Assembly (NCBI GenBank): GCA_052327205.1
Contig: CM126205.1
Coordinates: 241,676,001 to 241,740,000 of the forward strand
From: Somniosus microcephalus
Lineage: Eukaryota
Direction: 5' to 3'
Length of the DNA: 64,000 nt
The first letter of the stretch is position 1. Each line of letters begins with the position of its first letter. Below the pieces are notes generated by a model. It saw only the letters and a program-made list of their open reading frames with translations. It was not told the origin of the DNA and made no database searches. Both the position numbers and the translations under genes were made by a program. Positions 30,401-42,400 of the stretch are shown here, piece after piece.

Positions 30401-33400
30401 ACTCCTGGATCCAGCAGTCCTCGCCCTCCTTCAGCTGGCTGGTTCCCCGAGGCCCGGGAATCCTGCCCGCCCACTGTTAAATTGAAAATGGAGCTACAAA
30501 ATGAGGCACGCAGCCTCATTATAATTTTAAAGTGCAAACCCATCTCATGCAAGCGGGTTGACCGCTCGCCTCCATTAAATCCGGAAGTGGGCGGGTTAGG
30601 GTTGGGATTCAGATTTTTAACTCTTCAACCTCCCACTTGACCCCAACCCACCCATTTTTTGGGGTTAAAATTACCCTCCAAGTTCTTTATTAGGAAGCTC
30701 TACAGTTTTGCCATTAACTGCTAGGTGGAGCAGCATGTAATGGTGTGGAATTCTCTCAGTTCAAGGAAGAACTGGCAAACCCAAGAGTCCACACTGAAAT
30801 TGATTTGTATCATCTAATCATTAAAATGACAGTGATGGCAATTTTGAGGAATTTCACAGCCTGGAATGCCCCACCCCCAATATTGAAGGAAGAACCATTT
30901 TGGTGGAGGCAGCAATGAGAAAACCTGATAGCATATGAAAAAAGAAATGCTGTTTGCTTTACCATACACAGAGTATTTGAGTATTAAACTTTGATTTTCT
31001 TAAAGTTGTAAATTTGGTCTGTAAATGTTATATAACCAATTATTTATATCTAATGATTTGAATTGATTTTGATTATGCTTTAAATTAAATGTAGTCATAT
31101 TTTGGCTTCTAGAACCTCCTAGCTTCATTAAAAAGCTACATTCTTCAACAATACTAAAGAAAGGAGACTCAGCACGTTTTGAGTGCATTGTAACTGGCAC
31201 ACCTGAAATTAAAGTTACTTGGTACAAAAACGGTCATAAAATTATAGCCAGTGACAGATGTATCATGTCATTTGATGGTTCTGTGGCAATTCTTGAGATG
31301 ATTGATGTTATTCTGGATGACATTACATGCTACATCTGTGAGGCACGGAATGAAGCTGGCAGTGACAGCTGCAGCACTGAAGTTGAAGTTAAAGGTCTGT
31401 AGTAATGTCTTCTTTAGTCGGTTACAATATATATATGTTAGTTTCTTGAGCAGGGATACTATTAGTTTCTGTATTGTGGTTGATTTGGATTTCTTTATTC
31501 TGATTACTTTATAGAACCTCCCAGTTTTAGAAGGAAACTTCAATCTGTGGAAGTAGTAAGAAGCAGTGGTGTCACTCTTGAATGTGAGGTGGCCGGTACA
31601 GGGCCCTTTGACGTAATGTGGTATAAGGACAATAAACAAATTCCGTCTAGTGAAAAATACAAGATGATCTCTAAGAACTTTTTAATTAGTCTTCATATTT
31701 TGAAGTTGGATATTTCAGTTGTGGGTGACTATAAATGCACAGTAACAAATGATGTGGGAAGCTGCTCCTGCAGTTGTGTTGTCAGTTTAAAAGGTTAGTT
31801 ACATTGCGATAGGAAAGTACTTTTACTTGTAATATTGACATAAACAATATGTATTGCTACTTTATTATAATCAGGAAAGAGGACATAGCACAGTTTTAGC
31901 AGCTAACATTGTTGTAACATTGTAATGTTGAAATTTTTTAGGGAATAGGCCCATAAACAGTATTTATTGCTATTTTATTATAATCATGAAAGCGGACAGA
32001 GCAAATCACTCATATTTATTTCCGTGCCTGTTTATCTTGAACTAGAACCCCCATCATTTATAAGGAAGATTGAAAATGTTACAACATTTGTTGGAAATCC
32101 TGCTGCGTTTCCATGCCTTGTAAAAGGCTCACAACCTTTATCTATAAGTTGGATGAAAGGTAACGATGATATCAAAGAAGATGATAATATAGCAATTTCT
32201 TTTGAAAACAATATTGCTATCCTGCAAATTACAGCCGTTGAAGCAAAACATGGTGGGAAATACATTTGTCAAGCCAAAAATGATGCAGGGATTGAGAAAT
32301 GTTTTGCTGCGTTGATAGTAACAGGTTGGTAGGAAACATTTAGAAATATGATTGGCTAAAATGTAAAAGTTCTAATTTATTTATCATACTAATGGGCAAA
32401 AGAAGACCACATTAACATATTGACAACATTACTCAGCACAGTATTTTTTCTTAACAGAATCTGCAAAAATTGTTGAGGGAGCAAAGTCACACAGTGTAAC
32501 TGTAGGAAATCCAGCAATTTTGGAATGTACTGTAGCTGGTACACCAGACCTAAAAGTTAAATGGTTTAAAGATGGAAAGGAGCTCACATCTACCAGAAAG
32601 TGCAAATTGAGTTTTGAGAAAAACATGGCCAGTTTAAAGATTCTGTCGGTAGAGATGTCGAGTAGTGGTGAATATACTTTTGAGGTCCAGAATGAATTTG
32701 GAGTCGACAGCTGCAAAGCTTCCTTGGCAGTATTAGGTTAGTATTTTAAATGTATTGAGAGATTTGGATGTGAATAGGAATGCGGTTAAGTTGGTATTTT
32801 AGGCTACTTTTACATCTTAAGCTTACAGGTTGTGCTCTATATTGTACAGATCGATTAATTGCTCCAACATTTACGAAAAAGTTAAAGAATATGGGCACTA
32901 CATTGGGGTCTTTCATGACCATGGAGTGCAAAGTATCTGGTTCTCTTCCAATGAACATTCATTGGCATAAAGATGGGAAGGAGATATCAGATAGTAGCAA
33001 ATATAAACTATCACAGCGAGATAACACTTCATCTTTGGAGATTAATCAACTAGAAATCGCAGATGGTGGACTTTATACTTGCAGAGTATCAAATGTAGCA
33101 GGAAGTGATGAATGCAGTAACACACTTACTGTGAAAGGTTTGAAATATTGCCTTTGTGTTTTCTACTCAATTTCTTAACATGATAGATGTAATTCGGATC
33201 ATATTTTAACCTCAGCAGAATTTCTTGAAAGTTTGAAATAATTACTCTGAATTTATTGAAGAGTTATATCGTTTATAACGCAAAAGTTGATGAATCTTTA
33301 TACGTGCTCTTTATTGCAACAAATATACTTTTTCTTCAATGAATTTTAGAACCACCAAGATTTATAGTAAAGCCAGTGTCACAGGAGGTCCCCCCCTGTT

Positions 33401-36400
33401 CTGCAGTACAGTTCAAGAGTGATGTGAAAGGAACACCTCCCCTGTCTTTCAAATGGTTTAAGGATGACAAGGAACTAAGTTCTGATGCTACATGTTGCAT
33501 TGTGATGGAAGGTTCATCCAGTTTTATACAACTGTATTCAGTAAAACATTCTAATACAGGATACTATACTTGCCATGTCACCAATGATGTTGGCACAGAT
33601 ACTTGTACAGCAAAATTGTTTGTGACAGGTGTGGATATTTTGTGTTGTGTTGTGTTGTGTTGGTATATTTTATCAGTGTCTTGTTTGTGTTTTACTTGTC
33701 AATGTCTTTAAGTTGCTGAGTATTCTCAGTACATACAAATCTTCTTTCTTGTCTGTGTTCTGTGTTAGCATCTTGTGTTCTTCATGACATCAATTGTATG
33801 TAACCATCTTATACTCTTTATCACATCAATTCTATATCAGCTTCTTACACTCTTCTTGATCTCAAGATTATATTATCACCTTGTACTCTTAATTAAAGCA
33901 ATTCTATTGTATGATTCTTATATATAACACTAAAAAGTTATATTTGACTTTTTAAAAGAATTTGGAACATTCTCTTATGCAATTTTTATTCAGTATTCCA
34001 TTTCTTTCCACATATTTCACAATTCCAATTATTCCAAAATGTAACATTCTTGTAACTCTGGCACTAAATATATTCTATTTTGGTTTCCTAGAGCCCCCAA
34101 CTCTCACACAGAAGCTGGAACCATCCAAAGTACTGAAGAAGGGTGAATCAGCACATTTTGAGTGCAAAGTGACTGGCACGCCTGAAATCAAGGTTTCATG
34201 GTTCAAGAATGATGTTGAAATTAGTGCTGGTAACAAATACAAAATGCATTTTGATAATTCCGTAGCAGTTCTTGAAATCATTGATGCTGATTTGGAAGAT
34301 AGCGGTGATTACATTTGTGACGCTCATAATGAAGCTGGCAGTGTCAGTTGCAGTGTAGCTGTTACAGTCAAAGGTAGGTAGCTTTTTTCAGGTGCATATG
34401 AAAATGTTTCTCCAAGTTATAATGCAAGTATCTTTTCTTCATGAATGCATAAATGAGACAAATTATCTTCTTACAGAACCTCCTGTTTTCAGTAAAACAC
34501 TTGAGGCAGTTGATGTACTAAAAGGCTCTGATGTCATACTGCAGTGTGAATTCAGTGGTACATCTCCTTTTGAAGTTACCTGGTACAAAGACAAAAGGCA
34601 AATCCGAGCAAGTAAAAAGTATAAAATAACATATGAAAACCATGTAGCAAGTCTTCATATTCTTAAAGTAGAGACTCCAGACATAGGGGAATACATGTGC
34701 ACAGCCAAGAATGATGTGGGAAGTGACAATTGCACTGGCACATTAAATCTAAAAGGTTGGTAAATTTTCCAAATTGTACATTTAAATGTTACTACTGTTA
34801 CAATTTTAGGAACACATTTCTTTAAGTTTATGTTTCACATGTAAGGAATATTTCTTTAATTCTTCAGAGCCAGCAGTATTTGTTAAGAAACTTTCAAACA
34901 TTTCTTCTGTGCTTGGAGAGTCTGTAACCTTACAAGCTACCATTAAAGGCTCAGAACCAATTAATGTAACTTGGATCAAGGAAAAGGAAGAAGTGAAAGA
35001 TAATGAGTACATGACTATTACCTATGAACAAAACATTGTTACGTTACATATTGCAAAAATGGAGCCAGTTCATGCTGGAAAGTATGCTTGCCAAATCAAA
35101 AATGATGCTGGAATGCAAGAGTGCCCTGCTACAGTATCACTCCTGGGTCAGTAACCTAATAATGTCAATATATTAGATGTTTCTAGAATTTAATTCATAT
35201 TTGAAAGGATTACCAACTATTATTTTATTTGCCAATGTATATCAAGAATATTTTGTAAAAAGAAGTTTTCTTCTTCTAGAACCTGCCACAATAGTGGAAA
35301 AAGCAGAATCTGTCAGTGTAACCGTAGGAGATCCAGCAACTTTGGAATGCATTGTTAGAGGCACACCAGAACTAAAAGCGAAATGGTTGAAAGATGGTCA
35401 AGAGTTGGCATCTGGTAGAAAATATAAGATCAGTTTTCAAAATGAGATTGCCAGCCTAAAGATTCTATCTGCAGAGAAGGCAGACAGTGGTGAATATACT
35501 TTTGAAGTCCAGAATAACATCGGTAGCAGCAGCTGCAAAGCATCAGTCAGCATTCTAGGTTTGGTTCACTACTTTTTCTTATTCATACTGTTTTCTTTAG
35601 GATTTCTTAAATCTTTTTTTTTAATCCCTTTATAATCATGGTTTATTGGTGTAACTTAAACAGATCGAATTATTCCACCAACATTTACAAGAAAATTAAA
35701 GAAAGTGGACGGTATCTTGGCTTCTACCATCCAAATGGAGTGCAAGGTGTCTGGATCACCGCCCATTGCTATGTCTTGGTTCAAAGACGGGCAGGAGATT
35801 GTACATGGAGAAAAATATCATCTTGCATTTGGAGATAATACATGTGATTTGAAAGTAAATTCATTGGAAATGTCAGACGCTGGCAATTATACATGTAAAG
35901 CAACAAATTCTGCAGGAAGTGATGAATGCAGTGGTGTCTTGACCGTGAAAGGTCAGTTTATTTCTTAATGAAAATTCCAGTATTTTCCTTACCCGTGTAT
36001 ATAAATTATGTTTATCATTTGTATTCTAAATGATTTTTGTTTGGTACTCCACTGGTCTATAAGTGTGTAAATGTCACCATGTGACATGACACAGCCTTGT
36101 CTAGCAAGAAGGTCTCAAGTCAGTGGTTGGAGACATTATAATTGGCCTGCGTGCCCTGAGATAGAAAATTGGGGAAAAAATCAACTAGCAGTCCTGTCGT
36201 CACTTTCTTGGGACTCCAGCTTGAAAGTGCACTGATGTGGATGTTGGGTCAGGACAGAATCAGGCTCAGCTATGATCATTTCATGGTCAAATGGCCTGCT
36301 GATGCCGATCTTCCAGACTTAGCCATGAAGAATGGTCAGTTGGGTGAGGTACTGGAAGGCTGCTATTACCTGTGGATTAGCAGGAGTCACTGCCATCAGG

Positions 36401-39400
36401 AAAGAGGGTAACAAAGGGGTAATAATTGTGAAAAAAGAGAAAAACTGATTTTGTTTTTATTCATAATAAAAAATCAAGGTCTTAAATTTAAATTTCTGGT
36501 AAATTTATAACTTAATGTTACATTACACTATTTTGCTTTGACCCCTTTAGAACCGCCCTCATTTGTGAGCAAACCTGATCCTCAGGAAGCTTTACCTGGT
36601 TCAACAATGAGATTTGTAAGCGTTGTTACTGGAACAGTTCCACTGAAAGTGAAATGGTTTAAAGGTAGCACTGAACTGGTACCAGGAAGGAAATGTCAAA
36701 TTTCTTTAAGTGACTCAACAGCAGTACTAGAGCTACTAAACGTAGATCCTTCCCAAAGTGGAGACTATATCTGCCAAGTCAGTAATGAAGCTGGCAAAGA
36801 TTCTTGTACAACAAAATTATTTGTGAAAGGTTGGTAAAGTACAGATTTAAAGAAAGAACATTTTGCTTGAGTTGCTAGGATTTTTTTGACAACTGTTTTC
36901 ATATGTATCTTTACCAGAACCAGCAGTATTCCAGAAGAAATTGAAGGATTCTAGTGTTGTATTGGGAAAGTCAGTTTGTCTAGATTGCACATACTCTGGT
37001 ACCCCAGAAATCAAAGTCACCTGGAAGAAGAATGGATCAGATATATTCCAGTCTGAAAATCATATTATAACTACTACTGAAACATCTTGTATTTTGGAGA
37101 TACTCAACAGTGTTAGAGACGATGGGGCAAAATACACTTGTGAGGTAGAAAATGATGCTGGAAGGGACACCTGCCATGCTGAAGTGAAAATACTAGGTTT
37201 GTTCCTAATCATGCATCAACATTTTGTTTCTTTGGCTTTCTTTTTTTATATGTATAATATGCATATTCTTTCATTGTTGATATATATTGATTATACCTTG
37301 ATTATACCTTAGAACCACCAACGTTTGTCCAACATTTAGAGCCTCTGGAAATAACAGTAGGAGACTCAGGATCTTTTGAATGCACACTTACTGGAACACC
37401 TGAAATCAATGTGGCTTGGTACAAAGGAGACACAAAACTGAGAGCCACCCCTAATTGCAAAATGGAGTTTGTGAACAACGTTGCAAAAATGGAACTGAAG
37501 AAAACAACTTTGAGTGACTGTGGGGAATTTATATGCAAAGCTGAAAATAAAATAGGGGCCTGTTCATCAAAGGCCATGCTCACTGTACAAGGTGATATTG
37601 CTTGGCAGATTGGCATAAGTCTGCATGCCATACATTTCTCTGTTTTAATCTTTTCATTGTGGTTCAAAAAAATCATTTCCTGAATAATCACAGTTTTGAT
37701 GAACTCATTCTGTAACTGTTTATTTTACAGAACTTAAAACTGCGCCTTCTTTCACAAGAAAAATTAAGAATATGGAAGGAACTCTTCATCTACCAGTGAC
37801 ATTTGAGTGTCGTATTTCTGGTTCAGTTCCTATTGAAACTTCTTGGTTTAAAGATGGTGTAGAATTGACCAGTGCAGAAAACTTAATTATATCTTTCATA
37901 GAGAACATAGCATCTCTTACAATTCTTAACGCTGAGATGGATCATGCTGGTGAATACACTTGCAAAGCTTCCAACATGGTTGGAGATGCTTCATGTAGTT
38001 CCAAACTAACTCTGAAAGGTTTGTTGGGTAAAATATTTACTAAATATCCTCAGCTTTTTGTCTTTATTATCCTTAACCTTAATTTTGTAGTATTTACACT
38101 TTAATATCTGCTTCTTTTACCTGTCATTCCTAGATGTTATTGCTTTACTATTGATAGTATTACGACAGAAAATAATTATTTCTTGTTATATTTTTAGAAC
38201 CTAGAGTTGCCCCTGTATTTGACAAAAAACTAGAACCAGTAGAAGTTACCACTGGGCAAAGTGTAGAGCTTGAATGCCATTTAATTGGCTCTCGCCCAAT
38301 TAAAGTTATTTGGCTGAAGGGTGACAAAGAGATTCGATCAGGTGGCAATTACAAGATAACCTGTGTGGAAAATACACCTCATCTGACAATTCTAAAAGCA
38401 GACAAGGGAGACTCTTGCCAGTACATTTGTGAGGCCAGCAATGATATTGGAAATGACTCATGCAAAACGCAAGTGACTGTAAAAGGTATTGCTCAATATC
38501 AGTTATTATTCTTTTCCCTCTGGTACAGTATTCCAGGCTAAACTTTATTAATTTGGAAGAAGAATGTTGCTACTTATTAGTTTTACTTCTTCATTATGAT
38601 TGTTTTCTAGTTACTTGTTCAGTTTTTGTTACGTTATCCATGTGGAGCTCTTCTTTTGCCAGTAAGACATTCGGGAAAGGCAATTACTTAAAAACAAATT
38701 TAAACTGTGAAAAGTAACATCAAAAGTGGTGAAAATCTTTTTAATCCTCATCAATAACTCATAATTTTACTCACCCACCACCATCCATTTTTTCAGGCAT
38801 ATTTACAGGTCTTCACTTTTTTTAAGATGTCTCACGTGGAAACGTAACATCACTGAAGAAATGTAAAATATATCTATATCTTTTGGATATTTGTAATATT
38901 AATTCATGTTGCTATATACCTGTCTGTTACAGATCGTAAAATTCCACCAAGCTTTACTAAAAAACCTCTTGAAACAATACAGGATACAGAAGGAATATCT
39001 ATAAAACTTGAAGCTCGTGTTGCTGGTTCACAACCAATGTCTGTAACCTGGTTCAGAGATGAACAAGAGATCTTGCAAACTGAAAATTATGAATTGTCAT
39101 TTAAAAATAATGTAGTAAAGTTGAACATTAAGAAAGCACATCTTACTGATTCTGCTGTTTATACGTGTGAAGCAGCCAATGAAGCAGGCACTGCAAGGTT
39201 TAATGTGTCTGTACTAATCAAAGGTTAGTGATGAAGACTATTATTTTATCACTCTTGGTCCCTGATAGTAGTGGATGGGGAATCTAATGCTTGCAAATTC
39301 TACTATTGCTTATTTAGACAAATATATTGGTAATTTTTTTAAAGACTTTACTTGATATCCTTTATTATTCTTCTGTCTAAATAGGCATTCTAAACTCTTT

Positions 39401-42400
39401 GGCCTAGAAATTCAGTTTGGGGCGGCCAGCTCGCTCGCGCCCAGAAAGTACCGCTGCGCGCGGAGCCACTTGCGCCCGCCGGAAATTCAGTTTCAGCGCC
39501 CCAACTCGAAGGCGGCCGCTATTCAAGGGTTTCGGCGCCCCCGCTTGGGGCGCTGAAACTGAATATCGGCGCGCTAGGTGCCGCAGCGCCACCCGCTGCG
39601 GAGCGGCAGGCTGCGGTACTGCAGGCCTTCCTCCCTCTCTTAAGGGGGAGGTGCCTGCAACAGCGAGATCGCCGCTCGCTAGTGCCGGCAAATGAGCCCG
39701 GCACCACGGAGAAGTGCCGGGCTCCCGGAAAACAGCCGGCAATGCCGCGGGGGGGGGGGGGTGGGTGGAGGAGGCCGGGGAAGGAGGTGCGGGCAGGCGG
39801 CCGCCGAAAAAGCGGCCGACCGCACCTCCGCCTTAACTCGCCCCACTAACGCTACAGGACGGCCCCGTTTTCTGATCGCTGTTTGCGGCCGCTGCGGAAG
39901 AGGCGGCCGCAACTAAATATGGCGGTCGGGGCGGTAGCGGGGCACTGCGCACACCGATGACGTCATCGGTGGCGGCGCAGCGCTACTGGCTAACGCCGCC
40001 ATTACCGCAGCGCTGAATATCGGCGAAAGCTCAGCAAGTGGCGCAAAAGCCCTCTTTGGGCAAAAACTGGGCGCAAAGCCTACTGAATTTCTAGCCCTTT
40101 GCCTGTTGTCAGCTGTTACCATCAACATTTCATTTCAACCAATGTCTACTACAGAAAATATGTATAAGCTGTTCAATGTCAGCTGGAAATATGGATACTA
40201 ATTGCTTTGGAAGGTTTTTACATTCTTCTAGGTTCTGAGACAGCAAGTTCTTTTTTTCTTACGATTTGTATTTTTTCCTGCCTGCTACGATAATAATGTT
40301 GAACTCTAACTAAAGTGGTATGAGTTCAAATCTTACTTGACAGTAATTCAGACTTCTTTTTTTAATCTTTGGACAAGTTTTACCATTTCCTGGACAGGTG
40401 ACTGGATGAAACACTGTGTAGCGGGAGGGTGCGAAACACCGCCAGAAAAAGTATTGCCCAGCAAAAATGCATATTTTGTTAGCAAGTTATGGAGAAAGAA
40501 AAAATTGCATTTATACAGCGCCTTTCACGACCTCAGGATGTCCCAAAGCACTTTACAGCCAATGAAGTACTTTTGAAATGTAGTCACTGTTGTAATGTAG
40601 AAAATGCAGCAGCCAATTGCACACAGCAAGCTCACACATGTGATAATGACCAGATAATCTGTTTTAGTGATGTTGATTGAGGGATAATTACTGGCCAGGG
40701 CACTGGGGATAACTCCCCTGCTCTTCTTCGATATAGTGCCCTGGGATCTTTTACGTCTACCTGAGAGAGCAGACAGGGGCCTCGGCTTAACGTCTCATCT
40801 GAAAGACGACACCTCTGACAGTGCAGCACTCAATTCACAATTCACAATTCAAATCGCTTTATTGGCATGATAAGTTACATCTTATGTTGCCAAAGCATCA
40901 AAATACATTTATGGTTTAGCACATAAACGCAGTTCTATTCATACAGTGTATAAACAGGTATATCCCTGAGTGTATAAATATACATTCGCATTGTTTATAT
41001 ATATTCTTTTCTTAGTTTACTGGTTGTCCCTCTGTTCCCTCAGCACTGCACTGGAGTGTCAGCCTAGTTTTTTGTGCTCAAGTCTCTGGAGTGAGACTTG
41101 AACCCACAACGTTCTGACTCTGAGGCGAGACTGCTGCCAACTGAGCCATGGCTGGCTTGCCATTAATGATAGCTGTGAAGTAGTCTGCAGCACACACTGC
41201 TAAACTCTCCTGGATGAAAGAGGAAATGTGATGATGGGAAACAGCAATGGGTAAACTCAAAGGGGGGGGGGGTAATGGACTGGGTAAAATAAATAGTTTA
41301 AAGAAGATCTTATGTTTGATTATTACAGATTTTCCATTTTACATACTGACATTTATTTTGTTGTTGTTTTAGAGCTTAGAAAGCCTCCTGTCTGTGACAT
41401 ACCACTTAAACCAATGACAATAACCGAAGGAGAGTTATTGCAACTTAGCTGTCATTTACATGGGTCTGAGCCAATTAAGATGCAATGGTTTAAAGACAGG
41501 AAAGAAATAAAACCATCTGAAAAATTGAACATAACCTTCATGGATGGTACAGCTGCCCTAGAAATTAAAGCATCTACCAAAACAGACAGTGGTGACTACC
41601 TATGTAAAGCCACAAATGATGTTGGAAGTGACTCTTGCAAAGCCAAAATAACAATCCAAGGTATGGGGTAGATGTGAAATAGATTGTCATTGTTATGTGA
41701 ATAATATAAGGATGCTAAAAGCTTTTACTAATTATGTTTTATTAAGCTTGTCCAACTTTTTTAGTCTTACTGCATTAAGGGAAAAATCAGTGCTGGATCG
41801 AGATCTTTTACTTGAAGTATTGAAAGACCGAGGGGGTCCACTCAGCCATATAGGTGAGAGTGGATGGTTGGAGCAACCACTAGCCAATGGCTAGGTTTAC
41901 CATTAGCAGTGCCCAAGCCAGGTTCTGTCATTGGTCAAATATGCCTCAAGCTGCCAATAGTAATTTTTTGTGAGTCAAAAATTCTCACAGATCATGCAAT
42001 CGATCAAGGCCTGAATAGAAAAGAAATGTCAGATTTATATTTAATTCTAGCTCTGTTCATTACAGTGCTCTGTACCATCACCTCTGTGTTTCCAATGCTG
42101 CCAAAAGTTCTTCATTTTGAAATTTTATGCCAGGTGTCTTTGGCCACAATACTAAATACATTTATGTACTGTTTTTGTTTTGTAAATATGGTACAGTAGT
42201 TAAATTGTTTTTAAACTGATGATGTTGCAATATTGTTAATTGAGATGTAATTTGGAGAGTGAAGATACATCATGTGCACAAGGGCTTTTATAGTTTGTTC
42301 TTAGTACCAAAACTGCATCTTTGTCTGTAATTGTTTTTGTTACATCTTGTTAAATGATCTGTACAGGGAAGTGGTGTTTATGCACACATTTCAAAATACA

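Larger units (their letters stand above)
15320..31550 (+). repeat. tandem segmental duplication, unit ~7.7 kb (copy A ~15320-23030, copy B ~23030-31550 including a ~790-bp insertion)
   Basis: Exons and introns recur at an offset of ~7735 (15737/23469, 16157/23892, 21674/29410), rising to 8525 after the MITE (22588/31113). Confidence 0.95.

Noticed and set aside
29901-30640. Pro-rich 117-192 aa ORFs
   Set aside because: Low-complexity translation of the G-rich MITE core
39404-40128. Overlapping Arg/Ala/Gly-rich ORFs on both strands
   Set aside because: Stop-codon scarcity in a GC-rich TIR element; no transposase motifs
169-41660. Alternative identity as obscurin, hemicentin or another poly-Ig gene
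   Set aside because: Contiguous UN2A, I80-I83 and PEVK sequences are diagnostic for titin
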